From: a virus | Strand: one strand, 5' to 3' | IMG/VR virus record: IMGVR_UViG_3300022700_000278 | Location: 32,001 to 96,000 of that record | DNA length: 64,000 nucleotides | Part shown: positions 1 to 8,200 of the stretch, in pieces | Position numbering within the stretch: position 1 is the first letter of the stretch | Layout: each line of letters opens with the position of its first letter | Made by a program: the position numbers and the translations under genes | Notes under the pieces: model-generated | The model's input: only the letters and a program-made list of their open reading frames with translations | The model's database searches: none | What the model was told of the DNA's origin: nothing

Positions 1-321
1 CCTGGTCCGGAGCAGCTATTCCAGTGGAAGCAACAGAGCGGTGACATTTTTGTTCTTCCTCTTGGAGAGAGAACTTTTGTTTACAGGTATCTCAAGCGGG
101 CGGAATGGAATAAGATTCAGGCTGATGAGTCTATGCAAAGAATGACGGAGTTGCAGCTAGACGATTATCTGTTTGACCGCTGTGTGTTGTGGCCAAGACT
201 ATCTGTGCAAGAGAAGGCTTTCCTGCCGGCTGGGTTGATCGGTGCAGTTTGTGAGCAGATTAGAATTAATAGTGTTTTTGTGCCTCCAGAGCGACTGGCT
301 CAGTTCACCATTAAGCTATAG
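1..321 (+). CDS. Tail assembly chaperone-like protein, 5'-truncated by the window edge
   Basis: Frame 1 is open from base 1 (PGPEQLFQWKQQSGDIFVLPLGERTFVYRYLKRAEW...DRCVLWP...PAGLIGAVCEQIRINSVF). The WK..G.IF, FVYR.L.R.EW, CVLWP and AG...EQI...S.F pattern resembles large-myovirus tail chaperones, and the gene lies upstream of the tape-measure-position genes. Confidence 0.6.
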   Translation, partial: PGPEQLFQWKQQSGDIFVLPLGERTFVYRYLKRAEWNKIQADESMQRMTELQLDDYLFDRCVLWPRLSVQEKAFLPAGLIGAVCEQIRINSVFVPPERLAQFTIKL

Positions 322-327
322 TCTTCG

Positions 328-1053
328 ATGAACCTTGCGTATCTCCAGAAACAGGGAGGAAACGGCCATCTGTTTGTGGCTGAAATCCCTGGGTGGGGAG
401 ACGTCCCCTTCAAGCTGCCTTCGGTAAGAAGGGCCCAAGAATATTCTGCTGCTCTTGCTTTGGTTGATAAAACCAGGTCTTCTGGTTCTATCATACTGGA
501 GCAAATTTTTAGAGAGTGTGTGGTAGACGAAGATCTTGCTTTTCATCGGCAAGATATCCCGGCAGGGATTGTAGATAGCGTGGCGAAAGAAATTCTTTTA
601 CTGTCTGGTGTGTCTGAAGAAATCGTAGAGTACACACAGGGGCTGTTTCAAACTTATCGAACGCAGGCACAGACAATGTTGCCCACAATGAAAAGGGTTA
701 TTTGTTCTGTGTTTGGTGGGTATACCTTAGAAACAGTAGGCGAATTAGACTATCAAACGGTTTGTGAAAACTTCATACAAGCAGAAACGGCTCTTATTGA
801 TGGCGGGGTAATAGAGGGGCCTTTCTCTTTCGGCGACCAACAGGGTCAGGAGTTGGACTTTACCAAGGAGGGGGCAGCACAGCAGGCTGCTCTTGATGGC
901 CGAGATCCTTCTGTCGCCACGAGCCCAGAGAAGCAGCGTATTTTCCGTGAAGCCAAAAAGAATACTGTCTTGGACAAACGAATACAACAGATAAAAGAAC
1001 AAAAGCTTCGCGAAGCAAGGGAAAAGAGCGCAAAAAAATACAGAAGGGGCTGA
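328..1053 (+). CDS. Second tail assembly chaperone-like protein (paralogue of the upstream ORF)
   Basis: 241 aa; IFRECVV...PAGIVDSVAKEILLLSG parallels LFDRCVL...PAGLIGAVCEQIRINS of the upstream ORF; directly precedes the giant genes. Confidence 0.55.
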   Translation: MNLAYLQKQGGNGHLFVAEIPGWGDVPFKLPSVRRAQEYSAALALVDKTRSSGSIILEQIFRECVVDEDLAFHRQDIPAGIVDSVAKEILLLSGVSEEIVEYTQGLFQTYRTQAQTMLPTMKRVICSVFGGYTLETVGELDYQTVCENFIQAETALIDGGVIEGPFSFGDQQGQELDFTKEGAAQQAALDGRDPSVATSPEKQRIFREAKKNTVLDKRIQQIKEQKLREAREKSAKKYRRG

Positions 1054-1059
1054 TGCTTT

Positions 1060-4000
1060 TTGCCCCTAAAGAACGACAACTCGTTTCTACTGTCTGGCTC
1101 ACAGCCACAAGACCCAACTGAATCTTCTGGAGCATTCGGGGTAGCTGGAGCAAGTCTTGCTGGCATTGGCCTTTCTGGTATGGTGCCGATTGGCCAAAAG
1201 AGGCTGTGGGACTATTATTTAAGCGGCATTAAGGCCGTAGAGACGGGGTTCCCTGGCGCTGTCTTAAGAACCTTTCGGGTATCAGAAACTCTTTCTCCTC
1301 TGGAGACATGGTCTAAGTTTGACCTGTCTCAAAAAATTATAGAAAGTAGGAGTCTGTACGGCCAGTATCTACGCCGGATGCTGGGCGAACAGACGTTGTC
1401 TGCCACGATCTCTCGGGGCACGGGAGTTTTTGGCGAGGTCGTAGACAAACAAGGAAAGACAATTGGTCTTGCCGCTAGCGTTGCGTCTGGCACGCAACGA
1501 GGCGAGACGATAGCTGACTATTACGCCAGGCTTGCCGGCGTTCCTGTTGACGAAGGCCTTTCTATTAGAGAAGGTGCGCTGAGATCAAGGTGGCAAGCAG
1601 AGGGTGCTGGCGTTCCCTATAAGAAGTGGGTAGACAAGCTTTCGTTCTCTGAGCGACAGCCTTCTATTCCTTTAATTGCTCCGTTTAGGAAAGAAGTCGA
1701 GTTTCTAGGAAAGAAGATTAGTCTTGGATCGTCTGCACAGCGAGCAGTTGCCAGAGCAGAAATCTTTCAGCGGTTTGTTCGGGCTAAAACAGCCACGACA
1801 GTAGGCCGACTCAATACGCTATTGCGCAAGCCTTTCGAGATGCCTGGCATCGGGAAGGCTTTGAAAAAAATACCGCTCATTAGTGGTATTGGGATGACAC
1901 CAGGCCCGGCTTCTTCAATGGTAGGAGGCTATGTCCGAAGGGGGATAGTTGCTGGCGGCGTCATGACCGCCTTGTCGTATTATGACTATCTCAGAAGCCA
2001 GGGAGGTCCTTCCTCTTTTGTCGCCGGTCCTGCTCTTGGCGGTGTTCTTGGCGGACTGTTGTCAAAAAAACATGGACGGCCAATTTCGGTAAAAGGAGCA
2101 ACTATTGGAGCGGCTGTCGGACTGGCGACGGCAATTTCTCCGCGTTTCCAAGAAGGTTTGTTCCATGGTGCTCTTTCACTTGTCGCAGATCTAAACCTTG
2201 CCAGGGCTGAAGTTTCCCAGAAACTTGGGTTGCAAAAAGCCGTTAGCCGCCAAGAAGAAATAACTCCTGGTCTATTGTCGGTTAAAACAGCAGCCGGATT
2301 TGCCGGTGTTGGTGCTCTTGGTGCCGGAATGGCTGGCTATGGAAAGCTTTTGGGCGTTGCAGCCAAAGAAAAGATGGCAACCAAAAGGCCATTTGAAGAG
2401 ATCTTTTCCCGTCTTAGAAGCGAATGGTATGGCGAAGGAGAAGAAATAGGTCGAGCAGGGGACTGGATTCAGCAAAAGATTGGTCGCCGACTAAAAGGTG
2501 TTCCGCTTGTTGGGAAGCGCCTCTCTAAAATAAAAAGCCCGATGGCGATGGGGGCCGTCGGGGGTGCTGCTCTCTGGTTAGTTGCCTCCACAGGCCTTCC
2601 TCTGTTGTCTGGAAACATAGGAGCTGCAATACCGGGAGCTAACCTGTTGGCGACAAAGGAAACTCCAGAAGAGTTGAGGCAGATATATTCTGGCGAGAAG
2701 GAGATTCCTGTAAGAAAAGGAAGGTTTTGGGAGATGGGTCGTTCCACCCCATACGAAGGTGGGCGTATCCAGTATTACAGAAAGCATGCTTTAGAGCGCC
2801 TTAGAGCTAGGGCATACCAGAAGGGTGTGTGGGGCGACGAAGAAGAAAAATGGGCCCACTCTCCCTTGCTGCATCCTTTCAAGGCTGTTTTTGGAAGTGA
2901 CGAGTGGAAGTATCACTATGAGATAAAACACCAATATGATCGGCCTGCTCCTTATTCTGGGACATACGGAGAGGATGTGCCCTTCATAGGTCCTCTAGTT
3001 GCTGCTACGGTAGGAAAACTATTGAAGCCGCGAAAGTATGTTCGTCCAGAAGAATGGATGGGAGAAAACGGGTACAGACATATACCTGGAGAAGAAGAGC
3101 CTGCGTATGAGCTTGGGGGTCTTCCACCAGGGGCCCCGGTTGCTCCCGAGGAAACTTCTCAGTTGCTTAATGAATTAATGTATAGGCGGCGAGAAGCGGT
3201 CGGTCTTGTTGGTTTTGCCGAGGGTGCTATTCAGGAAGCTATAACTGGGCGAGAAGAATACTTCCCCAACCTGACTACCATGGCCACGATGGGAGAAGAA
3301 ACTTCTTCTGAATATTGGTTGTGGGAGCACCTGAACCTGGGTGGTGCGCTTGCAACCTCTGAGGTTGTTAGGCGGTTTGTTCCTCATGAAAGAAGATATT
3401 TAGAAAAATACAATCCTTTGGCACGACAGGCTCCTTCTTGGATGCCAGAAGATTACTTCATAGACTTAAAGCGGGGCAATCCATTTGAAGAAATACCAGA
3501 AGCAGAGCTTCGTTTTCCTGGGGCGGGATATGCATCTTTGCATCCAGAAGTAGAGGGGTTGTCTCCCGAAGAATATCCGCTGGCTCATCGTCTTAAAATT
3601 CTTGGTGACGTCGCCTATTGGAGTCCCGAATATAGAAGCTTGGCGAAGGTTGCTCGCAAGGGACTGGGAGGTATGTCTCCAGAGCACCAAAGAATGGTTG
3701 ACCAAACAATAGAGCAGGTAAAAGAGAAAAAGCGGAGAAGAACATTCGACGAGTATCGTTTTCGCGACGAAGAGCTATCGGAAATGATGCTCACGATAAG
3801 GGGTGTCTTGTCTCCAAGAGAAGTGGTCACAAAAGAGCTTGGTCCTATGAAAGTATCGTTGCGTGGAGTTGGGGCAACTAGAGGGAATATGGACGAAGCA
3901 TTGGCTGCTGCAGAAGAAGCTCTTCTTGGCAAGAAAGTTTCTGTCATGACGCCTTCTTTGGAAGGTCGGCGCTATGATATCGTCTCGTCCGGTCCAAGAA

Positions 4001-5256
4001 TGAAGGGCGTCGCCATGTTAGACGACATCCCGTATGGCAGGTGGATGGCCGAGCAGGGATACACAGAAGAAAAGCCACTAGAGGGTGAGTTTGAGCAGCT
4101 CCAATATGATACGACGGCTAGAGTAGCCGGAGGGATTTGGGAGAACTTATCCCGTGCCATAGAGACTCCTTTTGAGGCTCTTACTCCGTTTTCCCCCGCA
4201 GCCAAGCTTATTAGAAAAAGATCTGCAATAGAAGAGTATGCCAAAACAGAAGCTATAAGCACCGAAGCTTCTTTCTGGAACAAGCCCTTGGAAAATTTTA
4301 TTTTCCCTGCCATGGAAGAGATGGAATATGCTCTTGGTGACGAAGAGATTCCTCAGCCAGTTCAAGAGAAAAGAAGAGCTGAAGAATACTTCGACATGTT
4401 GCAGTGGGAAAAGCAAAGAAGGCTTGCTGCGACAGCAGAAACGCCAGGAGATAAAGGCCGGGCATTAGCGCTGCAACGCAATACCATGTTTGGGGCCGAC
4501 CCATTTGGAAGTCCAGTTGGTGTTATGAGGTCGTTGCCCAGGACTTCAAGAGACTTCTTTCAGGCATTTTCAGAAGCAGAGACGCTTCGAGATAGGCAAA
4601 AAATTATGTCTCTTGTGTCAGAACAAGAAAGACGTGTTTATCTTGCTCAGTGGATGCGACAGCAACAGGTTGCTTTAGAGGCAAAGAAAATGGCCAGGTT
4701 GATGACCCGTCAGGACGCGATGAACCTTAATCGTATTTTGATGGCGCGTCGTTCCGAAGGATATGGATACACCTCCTCTGATCTGGAAGAGTGGGAGGCG
4801 GAAAGAAGCAGAGGTATTGCTTTCGACGATTGGCTTAGAGACAAGAAGGCCAAAGAATATTGGGACACACACTCCTTGCCTGGGGCCGATTGGATCGGCT
4901 GGCACCCCTCGGTCGACTTAGAAGATACACAAGCCCGATATCTTGAGCAGGAGGGGTTTGATCATCATGACTTTGACATCTGGGGAGATAAGATGCGCTC
5001 TCTTGCTAGAAAACCATATATAGATCAGGCCGCAGTCTCTTCTCTGAATCCCTTTGCCAATTCGCCTAGGGATTCTGTTGCTCAGGCCGCGCTGACCAAA
5101 TACAACATGAAGGCTCTGCAAAGTTCTTTGGGTGCTGATAATTCTAGGATAGAAATATCGAATATTGAAACGCCAGGAGTAAGCAGATACAATATAGATA
5201 TAAAAGATGAAAGATCTAGTTTGATAGAGGATCTAATGAAGGAGCTTGGTCTGTAG
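1060..5256 (+). CDS. Tape-measure-like / ejected virion protein with Gly-Ala-rich hydrophobic segments and a degenerate SNase-like domain
   Basis: 1398 aa, TTG start; several G/A-rich hydrophobic stretches in the N-terminal half; helical charged C-terminal half; follows the chaperones; SNase-like segment at about 3781-4065. Confidence 0.6.
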   Translation: MPLKNDNSFLLSGSQPQDPTESSGAFGVAGASLAGIGLSGMVPIGQKRLWDYYLSGIKAVETGFPGAVLRTFRVSETLSPLETWSKFDLSQKIIESRSLYGQYLRRMLGEQTLSATISRGTGVFGEVVDKQGKTIGLAASVASGTQRGETIADYYARLAGVPVDEGLSIREGALRSRWQAEGAGVPYKKWVDKLSFSERQPSIPLIAPFRKEVEFLGKKISLGSSAQRAVARAEIFQRFVRAKTATTVGRLNTLLRKPFEMPGIGKALKKIPLISGIGMTPGPASSMVGGYVRRGIVAGGVMTALSYYDYLRSQGGPSSFVAGPALGGVLGGLLSKKHGRPISVKGATIGAAVGLATAISPRFQEGLFHGALSLVADLNLARAEVSQKLGLQKAVSRQEEITPGLLSVKTAAGFAGVGALGAGMAGYGKLLGVAAKEKMATKRPFEEIFSRLRSEWYGEGEEIGRAGDWIQQKIGRRLKGVPLVGKRLSKIKSPMAMGAVGGAALWLVASTGLPLLSGNIGAAIPGANLLATKETPEELRQIYSGEKEIPVRKGRFWEMGRSTPYEGGRIQYYRKHALERLRARAYQKGVWGDEEEKWAHSPLLHPFKAVFGSDEWKYHYEIKHQYDRPAPYSGTYGEDVPFIGPLVAATVGKLLKPRKYVRPEEWMGENGYRHIPGEEEPAYELGGLPPGAPVAPEETSQLLNELMYRRREAVGLVGFAEGAIQEAITGREEYFPNLTTMATMGEETSSEYWLWEHLNLGGALATSEVVRRFVPHERRYLEKYNPLARQAPSWMPEDYFIDLKRGNPFEEIPEAELRFPGAGYASLHPEVEGLSPEEYPLAHRLKILGDVAYWSPEYRSLAKVARKGLGGMSPEHQRMVDQTIEQVKEKKRRRTFDEYRFRDEELSEMMLTIRGVLSPREVVTKELGPMKVSLRGVGATRGNMDEALAAAEEALLGKKVSVMTPSLEGRRYDIVSSGPRMKGVAMLDDIPYGRWMAEQGYTEEKPLEGEFEQLQYDTTARVAGGIWENLSRAIETPFEALTPFSPAAKLIRKRSAIEEYAKTEAISTEASFWNKPLENFIFPAMEEMEYALGDEEIPQPVQEKRRAEEYFDMLQWEKQRRLAATAETPGDKGRALALQRNTMFGADPFGSPVGVMRSLPRTSRDFFQAFSEAETLRDRQKIMSLVSEQERRVYLAQWMRQQQVALEAKKMARLMTRQDAMNLNRILMARRSEGYGYTSSDLEEWEAERSRGIAFDDWLRDKKAKEYWDTHSLPGADWIGWHPSVDLEDTQARYLEQEGFDHHDFDIWGDKMRSLARKPYIDQAAVSSLNPFANSPRDSVAQAALTKYNMKALQSSLGADNSRIEISNIETPGVSRYNIDIKDERSSLIEDLMKELGL

Positions 5257-8200
5257 TGCCTGATTATCGAGAAGAACGTTCTCCGCTGTGGGGATTAGCA
5301 GCAACGGGTGCTTTTGCTGGTGGGACTGCATATGGTTTGCAGGGTCGTTGGCAAGAGCTTTTTCGAGCGACTCAGTCGGCGAATACGAGACAATATTCGG
5401 CGGCCGAGCAAGCTGTCGGAGGCATGGCTCGTTTTGCAGAATCAGCCAACGCCACGGGCTTAGGTTTGTTAAGAGACTTCGCTGGGACAGAAGTAGCTGC
5501 AGCAGATGCGCCTGCGTTTAAAAGAGATGTCGCTATAAGCGCCTACGAGGCCATTCTGAAGGGCAAAGGACAGACTGGTCATGAGGAGGCCTATTCTGTT
5601 TTTCAAGAGGTTGTGGGGGCATCTGATGCGACACAGGCTGCTTCTGTTGCCCAAAGAGAACTAGACCGGTTGGGTGGGGATGTTGGTCTTTTCTCGAAAA
5701 GAGTAGAACAGTTTTTCCCCGGCGGGGCCTATGAGGGACTCGCCAAAGACATGGGAGAATTCTCTGGGATGGTTCTCTCTGATCCCAAGACAGAGATCCC
5801 GTTTACGGCGCTATCTACACAGAGTCGCTCCGTAGCAGAAGAGACACAGGCTCGCTTGGGGAGAATTTTTAAGGATAGGTCGGTTGCCTGGTCTCCAAGC
5901 TATCACAAGGTTGGGGAGCAAGAAATCTTAAGTGCGACCATTAGCACGCCAGGTCGCCCCACTCACTTAAACATTCCTCTTAGATCCGATGTGGGAGAGA
6001 CATATGCTGGTCCCGGGTTTAGAAACAAATATATAACCAGAGGAGCTTGGGAGATAACCCCACAGGGGGTTCGGCAAAAAAGCATTTCTCAGCTTTATCT
6101 GGATACGCTAGAGACAGAAGCCTCTATGGCAGAAAGTTCTGTCGGGCTTGCTCGAGCTGTTGAAAGAGCCAAGACTACGGTTCAAGAAAAAACAATGGTC
6201 TGGAGTCCGTCCGAAGAGATGCTTACAACAGGGGACCGGTTGCGTCAAAGAATCACAGCGTCCCAGAGAGCATATGTCGGCAAAGACATTTCACCTGCGA
6301 CAATTCGAGCAGGCATAGAGGCAGGGGGGTTGCCGCTTGGATCTCCTGCTCAAGTTGCCAAGGGAGTGTTGACGGACGTGGACTGGCAGAAAGAGTTGCT
6401 TGGTCCGCTGGGAGAGTTGATGCCCGCTCACAGAAGACCCTTGCAGTTTATTCGGGAGGGATGGCAGCTTTCTGATATAGCAAGAACAGAGCAAGGGGGG
6501 ACTTATGCTCGTGAGGGTGCCCTGGGAGAGCTGGCTTCCAGGTTTTCTCCTGCGGTAGCACCTGGGTTCGAGGAAGCAACAAGGGGGCATGTGGCGCCTG
6601 CGGCATCAACGTTTTATTTGAAGCCTGGTGCTACGGACTACTCGAAACAGTTAGCAGAAGAAATGGGAATCATGTCTCGAGAGGCTGCTGCTTTGCAAAA
6701 GTGGGAGAGGGTCTCTTCTCAAAAGCTACGGGTCGCCGAAGGAATGCCTTTGACAAACGAAATCAAGCAGCATATGGAGAAAGAAACCTTAGAGCTGGGG
6801 AAGCCCTATCTTTTTGACCAGCCAGTTCCTCTTGAGCCTGGCCAGGGCCTTGGCATCGGAGACAAGGGGCAAATAGCAAAAATTCGCCGCAAACGAGGGG
6901 TACAGCAGTTTCTTATGGGATATGAGGTATTGGATGCCGGAAGAATAAAGGCCAATATCAAAGAGGTCGTCCACATGAGAGATGGCGATGTGCAAAAATT
7001 CTTCTCTGCTGGATCCGACATTAAGCACACCATCAAGAGAGCGGATCCACAGGAGTTTTTGAGAACGCTGGGAGTAAGCACAGCCCCCGTCGATGTTGTG
7101 GTGCCCGGAGAGAGATTGACAAAAACCCCATATGCGTTGTTTTCTCAGCAGATAAGTGGAATGCAAGAATTTGCCGCCAAAAGAATAGATGCTGTGAGGG
7201 CGAAGGGAATCATCTCGGACATTTCTGGACTAGAAGAGTACGTGAAAGATCCTCTTCGTTCCCTTGGCTTAACAGAGGATTTCCTTGGCAGCAAGAAGAT
7301 TCAAAAGACGGGACAGCTTTCCAGTGCGATTCAAAACAGAATTGTTTTAGGTGCCGAGCGCCTTGGTCTAATGAGAAGCAAGATTGCTCCAGAAATTTTT
7401 GGGATGATGGATCCGGCAGACGTCGACCGAATGATAGATGTGGCAGAGGACCTCTCTGAAGAAGTTGTTTCTGTTGAGACCAAAGAAAAGCTTATGCGGG
7501 CAATAGGTGCTTCCAAGGGCGTCCGTGGTTCTTCTCATATGTTTCTTGGAGATCTCATAGCAGAGGGCGGAACAGGGAACATGGCCAAGTGGGAGCCTTC
7601 TTTGTTCCATTGGTTGACGAAAGGTGGCCCCCCTGGTCTTGGTGCCAAATGGGCAACTGACATAGAGAGAAGGCTTGTTGGCCAGGAGGGTGCCGAAGAT
7701 ACAGTAAGAGAAATGACTAGGATGCAAAAAAGCCTCTTGGGAGAGGGGAGCTTTGTAGAAAGAGTTAAGGCTGGTTTCTTAGACGAGGAAGACTTTTTGT
7801 CTTTGGGAAAAGACGACCTGGTGAAGGCTCAGGGAAGATGGGTCAATCTTGGACAGAGCGTTGACGAGTTTGGCGGCAAAAGAATTTTTATTCCTGGGCA
7901 CGAGGCTGCCCCGCAACTGGGGTCTCTCAAAACAGATACGGGAGAGCTTGTCCGGTCTGAATTTGAAAATGCTTTGTTTGACTTGCAGTCCTCTTTAAAA
8001 GATCAGTCGGAGAACGCAGAAAGAAAGATATTAGAATCTGCAAGAAACTTGAGAGCAATTGGACACGCACAGTGGAGTGGCGCTGTTACAATGAGAGAGC
8101 GTGCATATGGTACCAGAATGCTCGCTGCTCAACGTTTGCAGATGATAGACGAGGCCGAGGATCTTGCTGATAACGTGGCAAAGTATACTCACAAAATAAG

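Noticed and set aside
1032-1038. A-AAA-AAA slippery heptamer near the end of the second chaperone
   Set aside because: The -1 frame closes after about 27 codons (TGA near 1118) and does not join the next gene; poly-A Lys codons are common here
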